64,000 nucleotides of DNA. Origin: Chitinophagales bacterium. GTDB taxonomy: Bacteria; Bacteroidota; Bacteroidia; Chitinophagales; UBA8649. The notes beneath the pieces were generated by a model. It made no database searches. It was not told the origin of the DNA and was given only the letters and a program-made list of their open reading frames with translations. Below, piece after piece: positions 18,804 through 28,900 of the stretch; the stretch's first letter is position 1; each line of letters begins with the position of its first letter. The stretch is from assembly GCA_049890075.1 (NCBI GenBank), contig JBMHCE010000016.1:34181-98180 (forward strand), written 5' to 3'. The position numbers were made by a program, and so were the translations under genes.

Positions 18804-20168
18804 ATGAAGCCCTACTATTCAATCCTATTTCTTGTCTTTACGCTCTGTGTTTCCTGCACTGGGAAAAAGAAAATCGATGCTTCTCTAACAGAAAATGAAG
18901 ATTTGGTGTCGCAGACAGCAAACCATGAAGAAGCTTTTTCTGGTAAGGACACAACCTATATCATGCGAGCGGTTGATGACAAAAGCGGTCTTCGTGAGCG
19001 ACGAAGCCTACCAATTCAGGACTTAAGTGCGTTAGATTCTCTAGATGTAAAGCAGCTACAAATGGACCTTTTCAATGCAAAGGAGGGTGACACGATTTAT
19101 CTAGGAAGCGGTGTATATCACCTTTCCAACGAACTCATTATCAGTGAAGTAAACGGCATAACGATTCAAGGCAAGGGAATGGGAAAAACCATTCTAAACT
19201 TTGCTAACCAACAAGCTGGAGGGCAAGGCATCAATGTAAATAAAGCAAACAATATTACGCTGTACGACTTTTCAGTATATGATGCGCATGGCGATGGCAT
19301 CAAAACCAAGGGATGCAATAATATGGTTATGCGCAACCTTGAAGTCCTTTGGACGAAAGGACCCCGTCCTACAAATGGAGGCTATGGTCTCTATCCTGTC
19401 GAGAGCCAAGGAATTCTAGTAGACCGATGTATGGTCGCAGGGGCATCAGATGCAGGCATTTATGTAGGGCAATCATTAGATGTAGTCGTAAAGAATTGCT
19501 ACGTCTACCATAACGTTGCGGGTATAGAGATTGAAAATTGCACACGATCTCTAGTGTATGATAATGTGGCAGAAGATAACACAGGAGGCATCCTGGTGTT
19601 CAACTTACCCGATCTTCCGGTAAATCCTGATGGCAAGTTCTGTCAAGTCTATGACAATATTGTGGTGCATAACAACCACCTCAACTTTGCTCCAGAAGGC
19701 AATATGGTGGCCATCGTGGCTCCTGGATCCGGCATTGTACTGTTGGCCGCGAAATCCTGTGAGGTATTCAACAATGAAATCAGAGATAACAAAACCATGG
19801 GGGTCGCAGTTGCAAGCTACTTCGTGCATAATCCAAATCAAAAATCAACCGACCAATTCAGTCCATATTCGTCAGATATCAGCATACATGATAATGAGTA
19901 TTCATGCGATCCTTCCTTTTATGCAGATAACTCGACTCCTTTTGGATTACTTGTATTAACCAGTGGAAATAGTGGACGAGGTTTCGACTTGCTCTCCGAT
20001 GGGGTCTTTAGTGAGACGAGCATTTTTTGCGTGCGAGAGAATTCAAGTGATTTCACCTTCATGATGTTGAATAATGGTGACTTTGATAGTCCATTAATCC
20101 GAGATGCTGAACCGCTCGGGAATTGTCAAAAAATGAGTTTTCCCGAAGTCTACCAAGTAAATCGATAA
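18804..20168 (+). CDS. parallel beta-helix repeat lipoprotein (NosD/CASH-like)
   Basis: Lipobox FTLCVSC. Repeated PbH1-like turns (ITLYDFSVYDAHGDGI, MVMRNLEV, VVKNCYVYHNVAGIEIENC, NIVVHNN, EVFNNEIRDN). Confidence 0.75.
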   Translation: MKPYYSILFLVFTLCVSCTGKKKIDASLTENEDLVSQTANHEEAFSGKDTTYIMRAVDDKSGLRERRSLPIQDLSALDSLDVKQLQMDLFNAKEGDTIYLGSGVYHLSNELIISEVNGITIQGKGMGKTILNFANQQAGGQGINVNKANNITLYDFSVYDAHGDGIKTKGCNNMVMRNLEVLWTKGPRPTNGGYGLYPVESQGILVDRCMVAGASDAGIYVGQSLDVVVKNCYVYHNVAGIEIENCTRSLVYDNVAEDNTGGILVFNLPDLPVNPDGKFCQVYDNIVVHNNHLNFAPEGNMVAIVAPGSGIVLLAAKSCEVFNNEIRDNKTMGVAVASYFVHNPNQKSTDQFSPYSSDISIHDNEYSCDPSFYADNSTPFGLLVLTSGNSGRGFDLLSDGVFSETSIFCVRENSSDFTFMMLNNGDFDSPLIRDAEPLGNCQKMSFPEVYQVNR

Positions 20169-20200
20169 CTAGGCATTCCACCCCAACATAGTCCAACCAG

Positions 20201-21394
20201 ATGCTTACTCCAAAAACTTGCTTCACTTGTATTCTAATTGTCGTTACACTAGGGCTTATGACATGCAACAAGGGAGATATTGATGAGAAGCATAATTCGC
20301 AGAAGGTACAAGAGATTGAAGCGTCTTCTGCAATATTCAAAAGCCATATAGAGTTTTTAGGGATAGATCCGGACAATTTTGAAAGCAATACCATTGTTTT
20401 ACCACAAGATGATTCTCCTTTTCCTAGGCTCAGTGATTATGGATTCTTCAAGGGTCCTGTGCATTACTTGATTCCAAGTGTTGGAGTCCTACCCTATACA
20501 TTAAACTCCGAACTATTCTCTGACTATGCCTATAAAGCTCGATTTGTATGGATGCCCCAAGGAAGTGCTGCGCAATATCGAAAGGATGAGGTTCTAGATT
20601 TCCCATTGGGTACCGTCTTAATCAAGAACTTCTACTATCCTATGGATATGCGAAATCCTCATGGCGAACGACGCATAATTGAGACAAGACTCCTAGTCAA
20701 TACACGGTCAGGTTGGAAAAACTACCCCTATCTATGGAATGCAGAGCAAACCGATGCAGAATACCATCCGTTTGGGGAGTTTACCGAGGTTTCATGGATT
20801 GATATCAAAGGGGAAGAACAGCATGTAAACTATATGCAACCGCAACAAGGACAGTGCAAGTCATGTCATATTGTAGACGACAACATAATGCCTATCGGCC
20901 CCAAGATTCGCAACCTCAATGGAGTGTTTGACTACGGAGAAGAAGGCAAGCATAATCAACTTGTCTATTGGCAGAAAATGGGGTATCTCGAAGGATTTAA
21001 TCCCAATGAAATCCAACCTCGTAATGCGGTTTGGAATGATTTATCGGAAAATCTTGATGATCGAGCGAGGGCCTACCTTGACATAAATTGCGGCCACTGT
21101 CACAACCCTAAGGGACCAGGAAACACTACGGGTTTTTATCTCGACGCACTGACCGCCAATCCCACAGAATTAGGTGTATGCAAAGTTCCTGTTGCAGCAG
21201 GAAGAGGTAGCGGTAATCTGACTTATGATATTGTTCCAAGAAATCCTACAGAATCAATCCTGCACTATCGCATGGCTTCAGAGGAAATTGATGTGATGAT
21301 GCCTGAAATTGGACGATCTATAGTTCACTATGAAGGATTGGAGTTAATTGCATCTTGGATCGCCTCCATGGAAGAAGGACCTTGTAATGAGTAG
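20201..21394 (+). CDS. diheme c-type cytochrome lipoprotein, partner of the beta-helix protein
   Basis: Lipobox-like LGLMTC. Two CxxCH motifs: CKSCH at 20855-20869 and CGHCH at 21089-21103. Confidence 0.75.
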   Translation: MLTPKTCFTCILIVVTLGLMTCNKGDIDEKHNSQKVQEIEASSAIFKSHIEFLGIDPDNFESNTIVLPQDDSPFPRLSDYGFFKGPVHYLIPSVGVLPYTLNSELFSDYAYKARFVWMPQGSAAQYRKDEVLDFPLGTVLIKNFYYPMDMRNPHGERRIIETRLLVNTRSGWKNYPYLWNAEQTDAEYHPFGEFTEVSWIDIKGEEQHVNYMQPQQGQCKSCHIVDDNIMPIGPKIRNLNGVFDYGEEGKHNQLVYWQKMGYLEGFNPNEIQPRNAVWNDLSENLDDRARAYLDINCGHCHNPKGPGNTTGFYLDALTANPTELGVCKVPVAAGRGSGNLTYDIVPRNPTESILHYRMASEEIDVMMPEIGRSIVHYEGLELIASWIASMEEGPCNE

Positions 21395-23709
21395 TCTGTA
21401 GACGATTTAGGAAAGGCGCAGTGAATAGTCATGCCTTCTTCATAGACTGAGGTATACCAAATCCGACCTTGATGGCGATCCATTATCCGCTTGCAGATAG
21501 AAAGCCCAATGCCTTGTCCTTGATAACTCTTGTCGCTATGTAAGCGCTGGAATACGCCAAAGATGTCTTTGTTTGAGTCCTCTGGAATACCAATACCATT
21601 ATCCTTTACATGAATGATAATCTCATCAGCTGTTACCTCGCAGTATACGTGAACCACTGAATCCTCCTTTTTACCTGAGAACTTAATCGCATTACCGATG
21701 ATATTTTGTAAAAGCTGACGAATCATGGTGTTATCTCCGGTCACAAGGGGTAAGGTGTCAACGATAAGGTTGGTTTCATTGCGTTCGATCGACATGGCGA
21801 GATCCGATTGGACAGCACGCACTACGTCATTTAGATTAATCTCGGTCAATACAAGCTCATTTTTACTTGTATTGGAGTATTGCAATAAACTATCAATCAA
21901 ATCATACATACGCTTATTGCCTTCCTTAATCATCTTCACATAGCGCTTGCCAGGATGAGAGTCCTCTAAACTCGCTTCGAGCACCTGAGATAGGCCAGCA
22001 ACGGTTCGCACAGGCTCCTTTAAGTCATGAGAAATGATATAGGCGTATTGCTCAAGCTCTTGGTTACGCTCCACAAAATCTTGTAATGTATCTCTCTGTT
22101 TGGAGAGGGCTACAATCTTTTCATCCAATGCAAGTTTCAATTGTTGTCGTTCAGTAACATTTTGAACCACTGCGAGGAAGGAATCCTCAGTGATATAGGA
22201 AATCCTGCAGAACAAATAGAATGTTTCCCCATCAATCTCTCGTGACATCGTCCATTCGGTAACATTCTTTGATTCTTTGCATCGCGCAATACCATCAAGA
22301 ATCAAGGCAACATTCTCCTCAGTATGAATCTCACGTATGTTTTTACCCAAAACATCCATATTCGGAACATATCCATCTTCATATTTTCTTTCCCGAATAT
22401 CTAAGTAGTCTCCATTAGCATTAACCATTAGAACAACATCAGGGATTGCACTTATGATTGCACGGTTGTATGACTCGGCTTTGTTTAAGCTCTCTATGTA
22501 TTCTTTGTCACTCGTTATGATGGTAGATACTGTAAAGATGTTTTCTACCTTCCCATCCATATCCCGAGAGAATACTCTGAAACGAGACCGGACCCATTGG
22601 GATTGACCTTGCTTATCGATATGGCGCAATTCAAGCTCGAGGTAGGCATCATCTTCCAAAGCCGACAATGAGTGTAAACCTTCTTTGACAAGAGATCTAT
22701 TTTCATCATCAAAATACAAAGACATATCCCCCACATTCCATTCACTTTCAGTATAGCCCATAAAGGTTCTACCCGAGAAGTTTGAATAAATGTTTTCAAG
22801 TGATTGGAGGTTCCAGACAAAAATGTAATCGGGAATAGTATGGGAAATCTTTTCAATGAATTGACCATGTACTTGGTTTTCAAAATGCGCATATCGCTGG
22901 TTGGTAATATCACGCATTGTACATATACAGGTTACTAGGCCTTCCTTATCGCGATTCATAATACTGGTTCGCTCATGAAACCAGCGGTAACTGCCATCTT
23001 TACATTGAATTTGATACTCTGCATCAATGAATTCCCCCTTCTTACCGTATTGAAGGAAGTCTGTATCATTTTCCCAATCACCTTGAATAGAATCTACCTG
23101 AATTCGGTTGGATAGAAACTGCATTTCTGATTGGTCGGCAATATCTTCCCTGTCATATCCTAGATGATTTAGAAAGGAGCGATTTTCATAGACTATACGC
23201 TGCTGGCGCATGTCAAAAACATAGAGAAAATCCGTCATGGTAGACAAGAGATTTCCAATCACCTCCTGCTCGACGGTAGAATTGGTGTTTGTTCCGACAT
23301 CTTCACTTATGGCAACCATAACCATTATTCCTTCTGGATGACCAAATTCATCTTTGTACAAGGAAAGACTGAGTGTTGAATCGATGACAACCTGCTGTTC
23401 AGACTTTATATGCCGGGTAAAATGAAATCGCTTTTTGCTTCCTTGACGCAACGCTCCAATAGCCTCCTTAAGTGCATAAAGATCATCACGCAGTACAAAA
23501 TGTCTTAAGGGACGTCCTTCGATGCTTTCTTTAGATGTGCCTATAACCTCGCAGAAAGCCTCGTTTACATCGTAGATTATAAAGTCAAATCCAAGAATAA
23601 ACGCAGGGAAGTCGTGAATGCTCAACGCGACATCACGACGAGAGTCTCTCAATGGCCGGAAGGCCCTTAATATGGAGCTTTTTTGCTGCATTATATGGTT
23701 TCTGGGCAC
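21328..23709 (-). CDS. cytoplasmic multi-PAS sensor histidine kinase
   Basis: Several PAS/PAC-like modules, H-box ISHDLKEPVRTV, HATPase N/G boxes (NAIKFS, DNGIGI, GQGIGL). No TM segment. GTG at 23709, first ATG at 23691. Confidence 0.88.
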   Translation of the reverse strand: MPRNHIMQQKSSILRAFRPLRDSRRDVALSIHDFPAFILGFDFIIYDVNEAFCEVIGTSKESIEGRPLRHFVLRDDLYALKEAIGALRQGSKKRFHFTRHIKSEQQVVIDSTLSLSLYKDEFGHPEGIMVMVAISEDVGTNTNSTVEQEVIGNLLSTMTDFLYVFDMRQQRIVYENRSFLNHLGYDREDIADQSEMQFLSNRIQVDSIQGDWENDTDFLQYGKKGEFIDAEYQIQCKDGSYRWFHERTSIMNRDKEGLVTCICTMRDITNQRYAHFENQVHGQFIEKISHTIPDYIFVWNLQSLENIYSNFSGRTFMGYTESEWNVGDMSLYFDDENRSLVKEGLHSLSALEDDAYLELELRHIDKQGQSQWVRSRFRVFSRDMDGKVENIFTVSTIITSDKEYIESLNKAESYNRAIISAIPDVVLMVNANGDYLDIRERKYEDGYVPNMDVLGKNIREIHTEENVALILDGIARCKESKNVTEWTMSREIDGETFYLFCRISYITEDSFLAVVQNVTERQQLKLALDEKIVALSKQRDTLQDFVERNQELEQYAYIISHDLKEPVRTVAGLSQVLEASLEDSHPGKRYVKMIKEGNKRMYDLIDSLLQYSNTSKNELVLTEINLNDVVRAVQSDLAMSIERNETNLIVDTLPLVTGDNTMIRQLLQNIIGNAIKFSGKKEDSVVHVYCEVTADEIIIHVKDNGIGIPEDSNKDIFGVFQRLHSDKSYQGQGIGLSICKRIMDRHQGRIWYTSVYEEGMTIHCAFPKSSTDYSLQGPSSMEAIQDAINSNPS

Positions 23710-23785
23710 CTAACGTGCTGAAAATCTTCGATCTATATATACGAAGACCTTAAGAAGATGTTACGTGGATAACTCCTAAAAGTTC

Positions 23786-25564
23786 CTACGCGGAATATAT
23801 GGAGGCTATTAGAGCAGTACTTTGCTCCATAACGACCTTGCGCTTGACCTTTTTGGTTGGCGTTAAACAACCGCTTTCCTCAGTCCACTCTTCAGCGAGT
23901 AAACGAAAAGCCTTAATCTGTTCAATCTTAGAAAAATAGGTATTCAACTCCTTTATCTCCGATTGCATCAAGGCATCGACCGCTGGATGACTAACAAGTC
24001 CTTGCGGGGAAGTGTCTGAAATCGTCTCTTCATTTTCTGCCCAGTCTTGAAGCGCAGCAAATGCGGGAACTATTAGGGCAGAAACAAATTTTTCATTTTC
24101 ACCTATTACCATGATTTGCTCAATAAACCGACTCTCTTTCATTTTTTCTTCAACGACTTGCGGTGCAACGTACTTACCTCCTGACGTCTTAAAAAGATCT
24201 TTGATGCGATCGGTTATTTTCAAAAACTTCCCATCGATAACGGTTCCTACATCACCTGTATGCAACCACCCATCGACAACCGTCTTTGCGGTCTCTTCCG
24301 GCTTTTTGTAATACCCAAGCATAATGTTTGGTCCTTTGGCTAGTATCTCCCCAGTGCCCTCAGGATGCCCCTCAGTGGGAGCAATTTTAAACTCAACCCC
24401 AGGTATAGTAACCCCCACAGTACCAAACTTAAACATCCCGTCATCAAAACGATTAACTGTAATAACAGGGCTTGATTCTGTCTGACCATATCCTTCACGA
24501 ATCGGGATTCCCGCCGCAGAAAATACCCGCGCCAATCGTTCTTGGCAAGCACTTGCACCAGTAACAATGCCAAGCACGTTTCCACCTAGGGCTTCGCGCC
24601 ACTTGGAGTAAATCAATTTGTCAGCGATTTTGGTTTTGAGTGTCGGCTTCTGCCCCTCCTCATAGCTCTGAGCTAAATCGACTGCCCAGAAGAATAGGCG
24701 TTTCTTCAGACCCGTCAATTCCATTCCTTTGCCCATAATCTTGTCATAGACTTTTTCCAATAGACGGGGAACAGAAGAAAAGAAATGGGGCTTAACCTCT
24801 TTTAGATTGTCCGCAATAGTCTCCATGCTTTCCGCATAATAAACCCCTACTCCAACACCTACATAAGTGTAAGTTACCGTTCGCTCAAAAATGTGGCACA
24901 GAGGAAGAAAACTCAATGAGCGATATTCTTTGTACAGTGGTAAAACCTCCATAACCGCCTTTACTTGACTTACGATATTGTTATGAGAAAGCATCACGCC
25001 TTTGGGCAATCCTGTAGTTCCTGATGTATAGATAATTGTTGCTAAGTCATTAGGCTCGATTTTATCTGCAATCGCTTTTACATCTTCTTTACTGCCTGAT
25101 GCCTCGCGAGCTAAAAAGGTCGTCCAATGTTCGCATCCATTGACATTTTCCTCAAAGGCAAATACTTCTTGAAGATTAGGACAGCGATCTTTAATGGCTA
25201 AAATCTTATCACACAACCCTTGGTCGGCGACAAAGGCCATTTTGATTTCTGCTTCGTTGAAAATATGCTCATACTCACGTTCTGAAATCGTAGGATATAT
25301 AGGCACATTGATTATACCCACTTGCAACATCCCATAGTCCATAAAATTCCACTCAGGGCGATTGGGAGAAATCAAGGCAACCTTATCATCCGGCTTGAGT
25401 CCTGAGGCCAAAAGAGCACGACTGACCTTATCTCGAAAATCAACACAATCCTGCGAACTATAATTCTTCCAAACCCCTCCATACTTGAAATTCAATGCAT
25501 CTTCTCTTGGATGAGATACATTTTGATAATCGAACAAATCAAACAGTCGTGTAAAGTCAGCCAT
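23786..25564 (-). CDS. long-chain fatty acid--CoA ligase (AMP-forming)
   Basis: AMP-binding signature IIYTSGTTGLPKGV plus a YGQTE..GDV...D.IK core. Confidence 0.9.
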   Translation of the reverse strand: MADFTRLFDLFDYQNVSHPREDALNFKYGGVWKNYSSQDCVDFRDKVSRALLASGLKPDDKVALISPNRPEWNFMDYGMLQVGIINVPIYPTISEREYEHIFNEAEIKMAFVADQGLCDKILAIKDRCPNLQEVFAFEENVNGCEHWTTFLAREASGSKEDVKAIADKIEPNDLATIIYTSGTTGLPKGVMLSHNNIVSQVKAVMEVLPLYKEYRSLSFLPLCHIFERTVTYTYVGVGVGVYYAESMETIADNLKEVKPHFFSSVPRLLEKVYDKIMGKGMELTGLKKRLFFWAVDLAQSYEEGQKPTLKTKIADKLIYSKWREALGGNVLGIVTGASACQERLARVFSAAGIPIREGYGQTESSPVITVNRFDDGMFKFGTVGVTIPGVEFKIAPTEGHPEGTGEILAKGPNIMLGYYKKPEETAKTVVDGWLHTGDVGTVIDGKFLKITDRIKDLFKTSGGKYVAPQVVEEKMKESRFIEQIMVIGENEKFVSALIVPAFAALQDWAENEETISDTSPQGLVSHPAVDALMQSEIKELNTYFSKIEQIKAFRLLAEEWTEESGCLTPTKKVKRKVVMEQSTALIASIYSA

Positions 25565-25625
25565 AATTTTAACCTTTGTAATGGCTTAAATTAAGCATTG
25601 CGTTGCTAATCATCAACTGAAATTC

Positions 25626-25808
25626 ATGAATAATTATCGCAAAGAGCTTTGGCTCCTTCTGTCGGCCTTTGGAATCATGTTCGCCATCCTATCGTGGATG
25701 CAGGAAAGCACCCTATTACCTGGTGCAGAAACAATGAAGTATTGGAAAGGAATCCTTGCCATAATAACAGGCCTTCCACTTTACTTTTTTTGCAGGAAGT
25801 CACTGTAA
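25626..25808 (+). CDS. hypothetical 60-aa two-helix membrane protein
   Basis: ATG start and two hydrophobic helices. Chosen over two overlapping alternative-frame ORFs. No homology recognised. Confidence 0.3.
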   Translation: MNNYRKELWLLLSAFGIMFAILSWMQESTLLPGAETMKYWKGILAIITGLPLYFFCRKSL

Positions 25809-25850
25809 TAGATTTTAGTCTGTACTCGACCTGCGCATTATTGTTCAGAT

Positions 25851-25876
25851 AAAAAAAATGGGCCTCTTGGAGGCCC
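25851..25876 (-). terminator. rho-independent terminator of the adhesin operon
   Basis: 7-bp GC-rich stem GGGCCTC/GAGGCCC, 3-nt loop, then a T8 run on the minus strand, 30 nt after the stop at 25906. Confidence 0.85.
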
Positions 25877-25905
25877 ATTTTACATTATATACGATTGATA
25901 TTCAG

Positions 25906-28900
25906 TTAATGCATTATCGGCAAGCGCCCTGTGGCTAAAATCATGCCCTCTGAATCTTTCAGAAGAATGAGAACAAAGCCTTCATCAAATCGCTCAATTC
26001 CGAAGCTGATTTCACCGCGATGACCTCTCAACGTTTCCGAAGCCAAGTCTATTCCATTCGCATCGATTATGTTTAATGTGAGACCATTATCCACTGTGGA
26101 CTCATACTGAATAGAAGCCTGCTGACCCACATAATCCAATGTTGGGATAACCACATTGCGTGTAGGCTCTTGAATTGCTGGCACTGAACGATTCACAGGA
26201 TTACAATCATCGAAAAGTTCAAAGGTCTCAATACACTCCTGTTCACAACCATTGCTATCTGTAACGTAGTAAGCATAGGTGCCAGATTCAAGTCCTCCAA
26301 AGAATCCAGTTGTATTGGATTCGACTTGGGTTTGACTTAGACCCGCTAGGAAGTATGTGTAAGGCGATGTTCCACCTTGAGCTTGAATAGTTGCGCTACC
26401 ATTAGCCTGGTCACATGCTTCGTCAATGACTTCTGCTAGGAACAAACTAATTGCATCAGGCTGCGTAACAACAACATCCAATGTATCCGCACATCCATTA
26501 TCATCTGTACCAATGACGGTATATGTCCCCGCGCAAAGACTATCAATTGCGGCAGACGTTTCTCCATTACTCCAGATAAAGGAAAGACCAGAAACTGAAG
26601 CCGTCACCGATGCAGAACCATTACAATCCTCAAAACATGTTGGCTCTGTTATACTGGCCTCTAGAGTAAAGGCAGACGTTCCATTTAACGTTACATCAAC
26701 GGTATCAGTACATTGATTGGAATCCGATACGACTACGACATAAGTCCCTGATGCTAATCCATCAAACACGTTGTCTGTTGTAATTGCCCCATTTAAATCA
26801 TAACTAAACGGCGCACTTCCTGAGATAATCACGACTTCGAAACTTCCATTAGAATTACCGCAAGCTGGATCGATAACATTCGCTGTATCGGCAACAAGAG
26901 GTGTTACACTATCAATCACTGCATCAAGATTGAAACTGCAGCCTAATGAATCTTCGACAAGAACATTATAACTCCCTGGTGACAAACCAGCAAAGACCCC
27001 TGATAACTGAGGACCATTTCCAATATCATAAGTATAAGGTGCGTTGCCCGTTAATACGACAACTTCAAAACCACCTGTAGTATCTACACAGTTTGGCTGA
27101 ATAACATTCTGTATTTCCGCAACAAGATCCTCCGGTGCGACAATATCAAAAGAAATAGAATCAACACAATTCGTAGAATCGGTTACCACGACAGTATAAC
27201 TTCCTACAGCAAGGCTATCGAAAAAGGCACTTGTCGTAGGACCATTACCAATATCGTAAGTGTATGGCGCACTTCCTCCGATGACTGCAATTTGTACTGA
27301 TCCAAAGGTGTCAATACATGATGGCTGTCCAATACTATCTAGGGATGCAACCAGCGGATCAGGCGTTGTAATCTCTACATCAACACTTGCCACACAATCA
27401 TTTGAATCGACTACTTCTAAGGTGTACACGCCTGGTGCTAAATCAACCGCGCTGCCTGAACTCAAAGCATTACCATTAAGCGTAAAGGCGTACGGCGTAG
27501 TACCTCCGATAACGTCAAAAGAGAAACTCCCATTATCCTCATTACACAATGCCTCTTGAATATCAATGATATTGATAACCAACGGATCTGGAGCGGTAAT
27601 CTCGATATCACCTGATGTAGTACATCCATTTTGGTCGAGCACGGTCACCGTGTATAGACCTGTGGCCAATCCTGTAAATAGACTGTCTGTGCCAAAATTC
27701 CCGTCAATGGAATAGACATAGGCCGGTGTTCCTCCTGTAACCGAGGCAGCAATACTTCCCCCTGTAGAGGTAGAATCTGCGCAAAGAACATTCGTTCCAA
27801 CAAGAGTTAAGTCAAGTGCTACCGCAGAACCTCCTATCGTAAAGTCAAGATCTGAGCAGTCGGGTTCACAACCCACTGAATCAATGACCACAACACTGTA
27901 ATCACCTGCCGTAAGATTTAAGAATACGCCGGTTGTATTGGTGAAAATTTCACCGGTTGTATTATTGATAACAGAAAATGTGTAAGGAGCCACGCCACCT
28001 ACAGCGGTTAACACAGCCACCCCATCATTGCTATCACAAACAAGATCTCCTGTTCGAACTAACTCAACCTCTACATCACAAGGAGGAGCTTCAACTACCA
28101 CCTCAAACGTGTATAATGAGTCGCCACATGAATCACGTAATAATACTTGAAAGGTATTTATTCCAGAATCAAGATCCGTAGGTGTCCAACAAAACTCTGC
28201 TGATGGGGCACTTCCTGGCGTGATCGTAAAGGTAGCTCCTGGTAAACTTCCTAAATATTCAATAGTCACTACCTGATTCGGATCGCTGTTTGAAGCAAAA
28301 ACATTGAAACAAAGTTCCTCATCAACCACTGCTGTATCCGTGTATAGCGTGGTTCCATTGACTCCGGATAAAACCGATGTACCCGAAGAAAGTACTGTCA
28401 CTTGAATATCCTCGACATTTTCTGAGATACAGTTATTCGAAAGCGCTTCTGCTACAAAGTAGGTAAAGACACCAATCGAATCCGTGGGAGGAATAATCTG
28501 CCCAACAGGACTTCCATTTAAATCAGTGTAGTAGAATAACTGATAGGCTGAATCACTTGGCGTGGCGCTAAGAGGCAAGGCAGTCTCGTTTTGACAGTAT
28601 ACCACATCATCAGCTGTAGGCACTGTAGTAAGTGTTGAATCAACTACGGTAACTGTAAACTCAGTAAAACAAGGTGCATCAATACCATCCGGGTAAGCGT
28701 AATAGGTTTGCATACCCACAACTAATGGGAAGCCTGTACTGGTATATTCAATTGAATTAACCGTTACAGGATTGCTATCAAAGAAACGCGTTCCGACTGG
28801 GAAGGCACCGCTAACCTGACTCGTAGGAATCGTCGTATTACTGCTATCCAAGCCACAAAAGATAAACGTATAATCTGTTTCAAATTGGCTGCAGTTAGCC

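Noticed and set aside
25649-25878. Alternative small ORFs (67 aa plus strand, 67 aa minus strand) overlapping the 60-aa membrane-protein ORF.
   Set aside because: They are mutually exclusive with 25626-25808, which at least has an ATG and two clean hydrophobic helices. The minus-strand ORF also runs through the adhesin-operon terminator hairpin. None is strongly supported.
26206-28041. Regular periodicity that might be mistaken for a CRISPR array or non-coding tandem repeat.
   Set aside because: The period is 210-255 nt. It lies entirely inside one uninterrupted 4.7-kb ORF and corresponds to protein-level SprB-type repeats. There are no short direct repeats with unique spacers anywhere in the window.
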